Of a stretch of DNA of 64,000 bases, positions 27,560-36,494 are shown one piece after another. The notes beneath the pieces were generated by a model. It ran no database searches. It was not told the DNA's origin and saw nothing but the letters and a program-made list of their open reading frames with translations. Source of the DNA: an uncultured Gemmatimonadales bacterium. GTDB taxonomy: Bacteria > Gemmatimonadota > Gemmatimonadetes > Gemmatimonadales > GWC2-71-9. Location: assembly GCA_963771275.1 (NCBI GenBank), contig CAVYSW010000003.1, positions 1,504,001 to 1,568,000 of the forward strand, read 5' to 3'. Positions within the stretch are counted from its first letter, which is position 1, and every line of letters begins with the position of its first letter. The position numbers and the translations under genes are program-made.

Positions 27560-30500
27560 TGGCCGTCGCGGCACGCCGGCCCTCGCTTGCCGCCCCGAGC
27601 TTGCTGGAGCAGGGTGAAGCGGACGCGGCGCTGCGCGCGGGTCTGGCGGAAGGCCTGGGGCGGCGGCTGCTCGAAGACACGCAGGTAGGCGAGATCGTCC
27701 AGCTGGCCCTGGCCCTCCTCCTGGTGCCAATTGTCGGGTTCCCGGGGTGGAGTGAGGGGATCCCCTGGATCGGGCTCATCGTGCTGGCCGCGGCGGTCCG
27801 CGCGGGCGCGCGCGTTCGATTCGTGCGGCGGGGCCTTCCGGCGGCCCGCGCCCCCGCCATGCTCCGCTGGACCTTGGTGGTCGTGGCCGTCGCATGGGGT
27901 GCGGGCCCGGCGGTGCTGGGGGCGGCACTCCCGTTCGAGCGGATGGCGCTGCTCATGGTCGTCATCGCGGGAGTGGTGGCCGCCGCGGGCGGTACGCTGC
28001 TCGCCGACCGGGTCGGCTTCCATGCGCTCAACGCGCTGCTGGCCCTGGGGGTCGCGGTCGGGTTCGTGCGGGGGGATCTGGACGCGGACCACGCGATGGG
28101 CGCGGTGCTGGCCGTCGTGTTTGGCGTGCTGATGGCGGCACTGTACGAGCGCAACCACCTGTCGCTCCGGCGCGAGCTCACCCAGGCGTACCGGCTCCAC
28201 GTGAGTGAGGCGGATGCCGAGCGGCGCGGCGAGTACCTCGACGCGCTGCTGCTGTCGGCGCCCACCGCGATCGCGACGGTGGGGTCCGACGGGCGGGTCG
28301 TGGCCGTCAATGCCGCGTTCGAGCAGCTGTTCGGCTACACCGGGGCGGAGGTGGTCGGGCACTCGATGGATGATCTGGTGGTGCCCGAGGGCCAGCTCGA
28401 GGCCGCGCGGCGGCTCACGGAGGCGGTGGACCGGGGCACCAGGGTCTCGGTCGAGACGGAGCGCCGCCGCAAGGACGGGCGGATCGTGCCGGTGCGCATC
28501 GCGGCGGCCCTGGTGCGAGGGGCCGGCGACGGGACGATCTTCGTGCTGTACGACGACATCACCGCGACGCGCAACGCCGAGCGGGCGCTGCGCGAAGCCG
28601 AGCGCCAGTATCGCGAGCTGGTCGAGTCCGCCTCGGACCTGGTGTGGCGGGTGGATGCCGCAGGGCGCTGGTCGTTCCTCAACCGTGCCGCGCTGGAGAT
28701 CTACGGGGCGGCGGCCGAAGATCTCGTAGGACGCCCGCTCACGGAACGCGTCGCTCCCGAGCAGGCCGAGCGCGACCGCCAGGCGTTCGGGCGCGTGCTC
28801 GCGGGGGGCGAGCTGTCGGACTACGAGACGGTCCACCGCGACGTGCGCGGGGAGCCGCGCCACCTGTCCTTCGCGGCGCGCCCGCTGCGTGATCCGGAGG
28901 GACGCGTGGTCGGGGCGCACGGAATGGCGCGCGACGTGACGGCCCGGGTCCAGGCTCGGGCGGGTCTCGAGGAGGCGCGCGACGCGGCGGAGCGGCTGGC
29001 GGCGCTGCGCAGTGCGTTCGTGGCGAACATGAGCCACGAGATTCGCACCCCGATGAACGGCGTCCTCGGGCTGTCGGAGTTGTTGCTCGACACCGCGCTG
29101 ACGCCGGAGCAGCGGCGGTCGCTGGAGCTGCTGCACGGCTCCGCCCAGGCGCTGCTCGCGGTGATCGACGACATCCTCGACTTCTCCAAGATCGAGGCGG
29201 GCCAGCTCGAGCTGGAGCAGATCCCGTTCGACGTGCAGGGGCTGGTCGACGCAACCGTCCGGCTGCTGGCGGTGCGCGCCGCGGGGCGGGGGATCGAGCT
29301 CCTGGCCGACGTCGATCCGGCGGTGCCGCGCGCCGTGCGCGGCGATCCGGGGCGCCTGCGCCAGGTGCTCACGAATCTCCTGGGGAACGCGCTGAAGTTC
29401 ACCGAGCGGGGCGAGGTGGCGGTCACCGTGAAGCCGGTGGGGGCGGCGTGCGACGGCTCGGTGCAGCTGCGGTTCGGCGTACGGGACACCGGGATCGGCA
29501 TCCCCGCCGAGCGCATCGGCGCGATCTTCGAGGAGTTCACGCAGGTCGACGCCTCGACCACCCGGCGGTTCGGGGGAACGGGTCTGGGCCTCTCGATCTC
29601 GCGCCGTCTGGTCGGTCTGATGGGCGGTGAGCTCGCGGCCCAGAGCGCCGTCGGGGTCGGGAGCGAGTTCTTCTTCACGATCACGCTGAGGATCGAGGCC
29701 GAGGGCGCGGTGGCCGGCGGCCGGGCCGCGCTGCGGCACGATGGGCTCCCGGTGCTGATCGTGGACGACAACGCCGCCAATCGGCGGATTCTCCACGGCA
29801 TGCTGGCGGCGGCGGGACTGGCGGTGGCGGAGGCCGCGAGCGCGGATCACGCGCTCAAGTCGCTCCGCGCCGCGTGCGCGGGCGGCACGCCGTTCCGCCT
29901 CGCCGTGATCGACTCGCAGATGCCCGGCCGCGACGGCTTCGACTTCGCGGCCGTCGTGAAAGGTGACGCGGCGCTCGCGGACACCCGGCTGCTGATGCTC
30001 ACGTCGGCGGGGCGGCGCGGTGACGGCAAGCGGTGCCGCGAGCTCGGCGTCGAGGGCTATCTCACCAAGCCGGTTTCGCGGGTCGAGCTGCTCGAGGCGA
30101 TCGCGTCCGTGCTGGCCGGTACGGAGCGACTGGAGGAGGTCGTCACCCGGCATTCGATGGCGGAGGCCCGGCGCCAGCTGCGCATCCTCGTCGCGGAGGA
30201 CAACCCGGTGAACCAGGAGGTCGCGAGGGCGCTGCTGCAGCGCCGGGGCCACGACGTGACCGTCGTGGAGAACGGACGCCTGGCGGTGGAGGTGGTGCAG
30301 AAGGGCGGCTTCGACGTGGTGCTGATGGATGTGCAGATGCCCGAGATGGACGGGCTCGCCGCGACCCGGGCGATCCGCGCCTTGCCGGCGCACGCGGGCA
30401 TCCCCATCATTGCCGTGACCGCGCACGCGCTGGCGGAGGAACACGCCCGCTGCCTCGCGGCGGGCATGCAGGCGTGCGTGGTGAAGCCGTTCCGCCCGGA

Positions 30501-30927
30501 TGCGCTGTTCGCCGTCGTCGAGGGGTGGGGCGGGGGCGACGACGCGGGCCGCGAGGTCATCCCCCCGGCAGTTCCGCACGAGGGCCCGGCGGTCGACGTG
30601 GCGGGCCTGCGGCGCAGCATGGCCGACGCCGGGGCCGCGGAGATCGTGCCACAGTTGCTCGCGGCGTTTCTGGCCGATGCCCCCGCGCGGATGGCCGCCA
30701 TCGAGACGAGTGCCGCGGCGGGTGACGCGGCGGCGCTCGGACGCGCGGCTCACGCGTACAAGTCCGCGGCGGGGGCGATCGCAGCCACCACCCTGGCGGA
30801 CGGGCTGCGCCGTCTCGAGATGGCCGGGAAGGCCGGGGATCTCACGGCGGCCGCCGGCCTCGTGATCGAGGTCCGCACGCGGCACGAGGCGGCGCTCGCC
30901 CAGCTGCGGCGTGAGATTGACGAATAG
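27559..30927 (+). CDS. Membrane hybrid sensor histidine kinase (TM-PAS-PAS-HisKA-HATPase-REC-REC-HPt)
   Basis: About six TM helices; two PAS domains; H-box SHEIRTPMN; NLLGNALKFT, DTGIG, GTGLGL; two receivers (IDSQMP, MDVQMP); HPt AHAYKSAA. Confidence 0.95.
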   Translation: MAVAARRPSLAAPSLLEQGEADAALRAGLAEGLGRRLLEDTQVGEIVQLALALLLVPIVGFPGWSEGIPWIGLIVLAAAVRAGARVRFVRRGLPAARAPAMLRWTLVVVAVAWGAGPAVLGAALPFERMALLMVVIAGVVAAAGGTLLADRVGFHALNALLALGVAVGFVRGDLDADHAMGAVLAVVFGVLMAALYERNHLSLRRELTQAYRLHVSEADAERRGEYLDALLLSAPTAIATVGSDGRVVAVNAAFEQLFGYTGAEVVGHSMDDLVVPEGQLEAARRLTEAVDRGTRVSVETERRRKDGRIVPVRIAAALVRGAGDGTIFVLYDDITATRNAERALREAERQYRELVESASDLVWRVDAAGRWSFLNRAALEIYGAAAEDLVGRPLTERVAPEQAERDRQAFGRVLAGGELSDYETVHRDVRGEPRHLSFAARPLRDPEGRVVGAHGMARDVTARVQARAGLEEARDAAERLAALRSAFVANMSHEIRTPMNGVLGLSELLLDTALTPEQRRSLELLHGSAQALLAVIDDILDFSKIEAGQLELEQIPFDVQGLVDATVRLLAVRAAGRGIELLADVDPAVPRAVRGDPGRLRQVLTNLLGNALKFTERGEVAVTVKPVGAACDGSVQLRFGVRDTGIGIPAERIGAIFEEFTQVDASTTRRFGGTGLGLSISRRLVGLMGGELAAQSAVGVGSEFFFTITLRIEAEGAVAGGRAALRHDGLPVLIVDDNAANRRILHGMLAAAGLAVAEAASADHALKSLRAACAGGTPFRLAVIDSQMPGRDGFDFAAVVKGDAALADTRLLMLTSAGRRGDGKRCRELGVEGYLTKPVSRVELLEAIASVLAGTERLEEVVTRHSMAEARRQLRILVAEDNPVNQEVARALLQRRGHDVTVVENGRLAVEVVQKGGFDVVLMDVQMPEMDGLAATRAIRALPAHAGIPIIAVTAHALAEEHARCLAAGMQACVVKPFRPDALFAVVEGWGGGDDAGREVIPPAVPHEGPAVDVAGLRRSMADAGAAEIVPQLLAAFLADAPARMAAIETSAAAGDAAALGRAAHAYKSAAGAIAATTLADGLRRLEMAGKAGDLTAAAGLVIEVRTRHEAALAQLRREIDE

Positions 30928-30945
30928 CGTGACCAAGGAGCAGGC

Positions 30946-31308
30946 ATGAGACTGTACCACCGGACCTCGATTGCCGAAGCGACGGACATCGTGCGCAACG
31001 GCTTTCGTGACGCGAAGTGGCGGTTCGACGTCCGGGATCGTGATGGCGAGGTCCTGAAGAAGGTCGGCGTGTGGCTGACGGACCGGCCGCTCGGCGATGC
31101 GGAGGGGCCCCCCGGCGACGCGCTGCTGGAGGTGGAGATCGGCCTCGGAGACGAGACGCTCGGCCCGTTCGAGCTCGAGGGCGTGTTCTGGGACACCCGG
31201 CTGTTCGTGATCCCGGCCGAGCTCATCAATCCCCACGCGCGGGTTCGCATCGACCAGGTAGACCCGCGGACGTCCTGGTTCTACGAGGCGCCGCGCAACG
31301 AGGAGTAG
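30946..31308 (+). CDS. Hypothetical protein, possible ADP-ribosyltransferase-like fold
   Basis: AAGGAG RBS; LYHRT...A..I..NGF and GVWLT motifs. Confidence 0.6.
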   Translation: MRLYHRTSIAEATDIVRNGFRDAKWRFDVRDRDGEVLKKVGVWLTDRPLGDAEGPPGDALLEVEIGLGDETLGPFELEGVFWDTRLFVIPAELINPHARVRIDQVDPRTSWFYEAPRNEE

Positions 31309-31311
31309 CCG

Positions 31312-31638
31312 CTAGAGCAGCCCGGACTTCGCCGCCCCCCACAGCTTGTACAGGCGGTCGAAGCCGTCCTGGAGAATGTCCACCTGCTGGGGGCTCGGCT
31401 GGGCCCGCAACGCGACGAGCAGCTCCTCGCACAGGTGCGGCATTTCCCGCCTGCCTTGTCTGGCCGACCGGTCTCGCACCTGCTCGATCACTTCCCGCAA
31501 CCGGGTGCGCGTGGCCTCGTCGGCAGGCACCTGCCAGAGGAACGCCGTCGCCTCCTTCCCTTCGACGATCAGGCGGCCCATGTCGTCGAGCAGGGGTGGC
31601 GTGCTCCGTCTGGGCGGAGGGGGCTCGTCAGGGATCAT
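31312..31638 (-). CDS. Small helical hypothetical protein
   Basis: GGAG RBS before ATG31638; amphipathic helices; converges on the preceding ORF. Confidence 0.6.
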   Translation of the reverse strand: MIPDEPPPPRRSTPPLLDDMGRLIVEGKEATAFLWQVPADEATRTRLREVIEQVRDRSARQGRREMPHLCEELLVALRAQPSPQQVDILQDGFDRLYKLWGAAKSGLL

Positions 31639-31775
31639 CGGCCGTCTCCCGTTGGGGTGCCGCAGCGTGTCGCGGTAATCTAGCAGGAACGCCAGGAATT
31701 CCGATCGCCGCCGAGGGGTACGCGTCGCGTCGGTCTGGCGCGGGCGTGGGGACTGTCTTAGCTTCGCGGTACGCC

Positions 31776-32621
31776 ATGGCGACCTACCGTCTCGTCGTTT
31801 CAAACCCGCCGCAGGCGGGCGTCAATGCGGACGAAGCCGCGCGACAGCTCGGCCTCACGCCGGAGCAGCTTCAACGCAAGGCCGCCTACACCGTCCCCGA
31901 AATCTGGTTTGCCCATCCCGACCGCGAGCGGGCGGAGGACAGCGCGCGCGCGCTCGAGGCCGCGGGCTGCCGGGTGTCCGTCACGTGGTCCGAGAATCTC
32001 GTCGGATTCCCGACCCGGCAGCGGGTGCGGGGGTTCTCGTTCGGCGACAAGGAGCTGGTGGTGCAGCTCGAAAGGAGTGAGGTCGGCATCGCGTATGACG
32101 AGCCGGTGGTCGCCGTGTTCTGTCGCCCGCGCGAGCAGCCGCCGGACCTGGCGGCGGCGGCGCGCCCCCGGCGGACGAGCCAGATCCTCACGTACCGGGA
32201 CTCGCTGCTCGAGGCCGCGCCCGGCGGCGCCGCGCTGACGCCCGGCGAAGAGGGCGTGCCGTATCTGGATCTGTTCGTCGCCAACGGGGGCGGCGCCCGA
32301 CGGTTCACGGTGATTCAGAACGCCGTGAACTTCTCGGGTCTCGGGCGGGTACAGCCCCGCGCGGCCACCAACATGGAGGCCCTGGTCGGCAGCTGCGCCG
32401 ACCGGTTGGCCCGGGCGACGTTCGACCGGCGGCTGGTCGGCATGCGGCTGCGCCACCGGGGCAACGCGCGCCCAGCCGGGTCCGAGCACCGGCGCGGGTT
32501 CTCGTACGCGAGTCCGGGGCTGCATGCGCTCCTCGCGGCGGTGGGGCGGCCCATCGAGGCCATCTCCCAGCCGGAGCTCGCGACGCGGCTGGCGTTCCTC
32601 ACGCTCAGCGGCGAAGGCTGA
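31776..32621 (+). CDS. Hypothetical protein
   Basis: ATG31776 opens a protein-like 281-aa segment with typical GC3 bias; no family recognised. Confidence 0.65.
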   Translation: MATYRLVVSNPPQAGVNADEAARQLGLTPEQLQRKAAYTVPEIWFAHPDRERAEDSARALEAAGCRVSVTWSENLVGFPTRQRVRGFSFGDKELVVQLERSEVGIAYDEPVVAVFCRPREQPPDLAAAARPRRTSQILTYRDSLLEAAPGGAALTPGEEGVPYLDLFVANGGGARRFTVIQNAVNFSGLGRVQPRAATNMEALVGSCADRLARATFDRRLVGMRLRHRGNARPAGSEHRRGFSYASPGLHALLAAVGRPIEAISQPELATRLAFLTLSGEG

Positions 32622-32652
32622 ACGACGGGCGCGGCCCAACCGCGCCTTCCCC

Positions 32653-33168
32653 ATGGACGAGACCGTCATCCTGGTTGACGAGCGGGACCGCGAGCGCGGC
32701 GCCGCCTCGAAGCTCGCCGTGCACCGTACCGGGGAGCTGCACCGCGCGTTTTCGGCGTTCGTGTTCGATGCCACGGGCCGGCTGCTGCTGCAGCAACGCG
32801 CCGGCGGCAAGTACCACAGCGGCGGACTCTGGACCAACACCTGTTGCGGGCACCCGCGCCCCGGAGAAGACATCGTCGACGCCGCCGAGCGGCGCCTGTC
32901 GGAGGAGATGGGGTTCGGCGCCGCGCTGCGCCACGTTGGAGCCTTCACCTACCGAGCGGAGGTGGGTGCCGGCCTGGTGGAGCACGAGTTCGATCACGTC
33001 CTGGTGGGGGCGTTCGACGGCGAGCCGGTCCCGGCGCCCGCCGAGGTGGATGCGTGGCGCTGGCTCGCCCCCCAGGCGGCGCTCGCGGAGTGCGCGGCGC
33101 ACCCCGCGCGCTTCACCCCGTGGTTCGCCCGGGCCCTGCGCGTCGCGTTGACGGACCTGGCGGGCTGA
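32653..33168 (+). CDS. idi: Isopentenyl-diphosphate delta-isomerase, type 1
   Basis: LHRAFS, LLQQRA..KY, WTNTCCGHP, EHEFDHV, FTPWF motifs. Confidence 0.95.
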   Translation: MDETVILVDERDRERGAASKLAVHRTGELHRAFSAFVFDATGRLLLQQRAGGKYHSGGLWTNTCCGHPRPGEDIVDAAERRLSEEMGFGAALRHVGAFTYRAEVGAGLVEHEFDHVLVGAFDGEPVPAPAEVDAWRWLAPQAALAECAAHPARFTPWFARALRVALTDLAG

Positions 33169-33195
33169 GCGCCGCACGTCCGAAGGAGGTCGTCC

Positions 33196-33474
33196 ATGAA
33201 GGCGGTTGCGGAAGTCCAGGTCATTCCGATCGGGTCGGGGGTTTCGGTGCGCCGCGAGGTGCGGCGGGCGCACGAGCTGCTCCGGGAGGCGGGTCTGACG
33301 GTCGAGCTGCACGCCTCCGGCACCAACGTCGAGGGCGAGATGGCACAGATCCTGGACGCCGTGCGCCGAGTGCATGAAACCCTGCACGCCGAGGGCACCG
33401 TGCGGCTGGCCACGTTCCTCAAGCTCGGGACGCGCACCGACAAGACGCCGACGCTGGCCGCCAAGCTGTTCTAG
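33196..33474 (+). CDS. MTH1187/YkoF-family thiamine-binding protein
   Basis: AEVQVIPIG...SV, H.SGTNVEGE, R.DK; AAGGAGG RBS. Confidence 0.85.
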   Translation: MKAVAEVQVIPIGSGVSVRREVRRAHELLREAGLTVELHASGTNVEGEMAQILDAVRRVHETLHAEGTVRLATFLKLGTRTDKTPTLAAKLF

Positions 33475-33583
33475 GGGCGCCTCGCCCCCACCTTGCGCGC
33501 CCGAGCTGGGTAGCATCTCTTCATGCCGCTGGTCGGGCGGTTCCTGATCCTACGCTGACGGCTGCCGTGCCGTGGAGGTGCCC

Positions 33584-34555
33584 ATGCGGTTCGCGCTGGC
33601 GTTCGTGGTGCTGGTCGCGGCGACTTCGTCGCTCGCGGCGCAGGTCAATCCCTTCAAGTCCGGCGGGCGGTCGGTGAAATCGGCGGTGATTGCCTACACC
33701 GTGTCCGGCGCGATGAACGGCACGGAGGAGCTGGCGCTCGACGGCGACCGCATGGCGCGGCGCGGCGCGACGAGCATGAAGGTGTTCGGCAAGACCGTGA
33801 CGTCGGAGACGCTGATGCTCACGACCCGCGACTCCGTCTACAGCGTCGATCTGACGAAGAAGACGGGGTTCGCGATGCCGAATTACAGTCCGCTCCTCGC
33901 CGCCGAGTACGACCGCCTGTCGGGCAAGCAGAAGAAGCAGCTGCAGCAGAACCTGGAGCTCGCGGCCCAGACGCTGGGGCAGGCGTTCGGCCTGGGCAGC
34001 ATCGCCCAGGCGAATCAGGCCGCCGGGCAGGAAACGGTCGCGGGTCAGACGTGCGACGTCCGGACGTTCGGCGACTGGTCGGTGTGCGCCTTGACGTCGG
34101 ATCCGAGCATTACGCTCAAGACGTCGGGGCAGATCATGTGCATGGAGATGAACACCGTCGCCACGTCCGCGACGATCGACCAGGGCGCCCCGGCGGACAG
34201 GTTCGCGATGCCCGCGGGCGTCGCGTGGACGCCGCCCGACACCAGCCTCAGCCGCGATCCCAAGGCCACGGCCAAGGAGATGCTCCAGATGCTCTCGAGC
34301 GAGGAGTTCCGGGACTCCCTGCTTGCCGCCCGGAAGGACATGCAGGCGGCCGAGGACAGCGCCGGGGTGAAGCAGATGACCCCCGAGGAGCGGGAACAGG
34401 CGTGTGCACAGCTGCGGGAGGCGTACCACGTCGACCTCGGTGCCGCCTTCACGCGCGCGCTCGGCAACGTGGCCCGGAACGCCGCGAAATCGGCCGCGGA
34501 GAATGCGCTGACGGGGGCGGCCAACTCGCTCCGGCGGCGGATCAGGATTCCGTAG
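33584..34555 (+). CDS. Secreted hypothetical protein (DUF4412-like beta region plus helical tail)
   Basis: GGAGG RBS; signal peptide; GQETVAGQTCDV and F.MP.G motifs. Confidence 0.65.
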   Translation: MRFALAFVVLVAATSSLAAQVNPFKSGGRSVKSAVIAYTVSGAMNGTEELALDGDRMARRGATSMKVFGKTVTSETLMLTTRDSVYSVDLTKKTGFAMPNYSPLLAAEYDRLSGKQKKQLQQNLELAAQTLGQAFGLGSIAQANQAAGQETVAGQTCDVRTFGDWSVCALTSDPSITLKTSGQIMCMEMNTVATSATIDQGAPADRFAMPAGVAWTPPDTSLSRDPKATAKEMLQMLSSEEFRDSLLAARKDMQAAEDSAGVKQMTPEEREQACAQLREAYHVDLGAAFTRALGNVARNAAKSAAENALTGAANSLRRRIRIP

Positions 34556-36494
34556 CGCCGACCTCGTCCAGGTGCAGCACCACGGTGGCCCGCGCGACGT
34601 GCGCGGGCCACCGCAGCACCCGCGCCAGACCCTGCCGCGTTTCATCGAAGCCGCTCTCCGATTGCGCCACGGTGCTGATCGGATAGGTCCACGACTCCGC
34701 CGCCGGATCGCTTTCGACGCGCAGCTCCCGGGTGAGACTCAGCTCGGTCGCGAACCAGGCGTGGTCCGGGAAGGCGCTGGGCGCCCACTCGTAGTCCACG
34801 CGCAGCGTCCCGTTGACGGAAAACCGCAGGCGCTTGACCTCCAGGCCGCCCCCCTCCGCGGGGGTGCAGGTGATGGTCACGCCCTCGCCGTCCGCCACCA
34901 CCGCGTGGTTGAACGGCCTCCCGCCCCACGACGCGACGGGATCGGCGGTGCCGTTGGCGAGCGCGTCCGCGGTGACGTCCGGCGCGAGCACGCGGTCCAC
35001 GAAGAGCGCCCGGAGGTCCCGATCCGTGGGCGGCAGACCCTGGTCGCTGAGCCCGCGCGCGCCGTCGTGACGGCCGGCATTGTCCCCGGCACCGTCATGG
35101 CCACCCGCGTTGGCGCCGGCGGTTGCGTGATACGGCTCCCGGCGGCGGGTGAGCACGTCCGCGTAGTTGTGCCGCATCCGGAGGCAGGTGTACTCCTCGA
35201 CCGTGGCGCCGCGCCGCGGGCTCACCAGCGCCGAGAACGCCGGCGAGTGCAGCCACAGCTCGAAGTGTCCGTCGCAATCGAAATCCAGCGTCTCCGCGCG
35301 CAGCCCTTCGGTGGCGCGCAGCAGGCTCTCCGCGGCGGCGAGCTCATGCCAGATCGCGGCGCGCAGGTGCGGCAGGTACAGGCCGCCGAAGACGCCGTGC
35401 CAGTACGCGTCGTTGCACTGCCCGCGCGCCACATGGTGGCGTGCCGCCGCGGGCGCGCCGCGCTCGCGGCACAGGCCCGACAGGCGCACCATCTTCTTGT
35501 GCATCCGGTTGGACTCGGGGTACTTCGCCAGGAAGTTCCGCCAGTGGGCGCCCCGCACCAGCGCCCCCTCGGGGCCGCCGAGCCGCGCCTCGCCGAGCTC
35601 GGCTTCGAGGTGGCGCAGGTGCCGGGCGGCTTCCGGCCACAGCGCCCAGCCCTCCATCTCGCGATACGACGCCGTCGGCAGGTAGGCGAGGCCGCCGCTG
35701 GCCACCTCGCGCAGCACCTGGCCCGGCGTCGCCAGCACCACCTCTCCCCGCCCGCGCAGATCGGTCAGCATGTCGCCGAACTCGCGCAGCCAGCCGCGGT
35801 CGTACACCCATTCCCGGGTCCCCGGCCAGCCGCCGAATTTCTCCCCGTCGTCGGCGAAGATCGCGAGGCGGTGCCCGTGCTGGCGCAGCGCTTCGAAGTA
35901 CGCGGCCGTGTCCGCCGCCGGGCGGAACGGAATCAGATACCGCAGTCGCTCGTCGATCGGGAGGAGCGCGATACTGCGGCCGTCGCTCTCCGTGCGGAAC
36001 GGCGCGTGCAGCTGGTCCCGCTCGAATCCGCTGACGAGGAAGTGGCGATCGTCCACCAGCACCGACTCGACCCCGGCATCGACCAGGTCGGTCGCGAGCT
36101 CGGGCTCCCAGATGCGCTCCGTGAGCCAGAGCGCGCGCGCCTCCACGCCGAACAGACGCCGGAGCGTGTCCCGCATCGCCGCGATCTGGTCCACGCGATC
36201 CCGGCGCGGGATCGAGGCGAGGATCGGCTCGTACAGCCCGGCGAGCAACAGCTCGAGTCGGCCGGCGGCGGCGAGGTGCCCCACGAGGTCGAGATAGCGC
36301 CGGTCGTGATGCTCGAGCCACTCGAGCAGGGGCCCCGACACGTGGAGCGCCACGGGGAGGAGGTCCCGCTCCGCCAGTGCCTGGAGAAACGGCAGGTAGA
36401 CTTCGTCGACGTGGCGCGCGAACACATGGTCGAAATTGCCCACCGGCTGATGCAGGTGGAGGCCGAACAGGAAGCGGATGGGGTGTGTGGTCAG
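34542..36494 (-). CDS. GH57 alpha-amylase/4-alpha-glucanotransferase (DUF1925/DUF1926 type)
   Basis: LHLHQPVGNF, H.SGPL, YEPIL, WLTERIWE (catalytic Glu), ADDGEKFG.WPGT (catalytic Asp), SYREM..W, QCNDAYWHGVFGGLY. The only nearby start is a CTG overlapping the upstream stop. Confidence 0.9.
   Translation of the reverse strand: MTTHPIRFLFGLHLHQPVGNFDHVFARHVDEVYLPFLQALAERDLLPVALHVSGPLLEWLEHHDRRYLDLVGHLAAAGRLELLLAGLYEPILASIPRRDRVDQIAAMRDTLRRLFGVEARALWLTERIWEPELATDLVDAGVESVLVDDRHFLVSGFERDQLHAPFRTESDGRSIALLPIDERLRYLIPFRPAADTAAYFEALRQHGHRLAIFADDGEKFGGWPGTREWVYDRGWLREFGDMLTDLRGRGEVVLATPGQVLREVASGGLAYLPTASYREMEGWALWPEAARHLRHLEAELGEARLGGPEGALVRGAHWRNFLAKYPESNRMHKKMVRLSGLCRERGAPAAARHHVARGQCNDAYWHGVFGGLYLPHLRAAIWHELAAAESLLRATEGLRAETLDFDCDGHFELWLHSPAFSALVSPRRGATVEEYTCLRMRHNYADVLTRRREPYHATAGANAGGHDGAGDNAGRHDGARGLSDQGLPPTDRDLRALFVDRVLAPDVTADALANGTADPVASWGGRPFNHAVVADGEGVTITCTPAEGGGLEVKRLRFSVNGTLRVDYEWAPSAFPDHAWFATELSLTRELRVESDPAAESWTYPISTVAQSESGFDETRQGLARVLRWPAHVARATVVLHLDEVGATES

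Noticed and set aside
27337..31236. 1299-aa minus-strand ORF
   Set aside because: Antisense shadow of the hybrid kinase. High-GC codon bias suppresses stops on the opposite strand, and it has no recognisable motifs.
33196..33474. Thiamine regulon or TPP riboswitch linking the MTH1187-family, YjbQ and ThDP-enzyme genes
   Set aside because: The genes are more than 18 kb apart, and I saw no TPP riboswitch consensus upstream of any of them.
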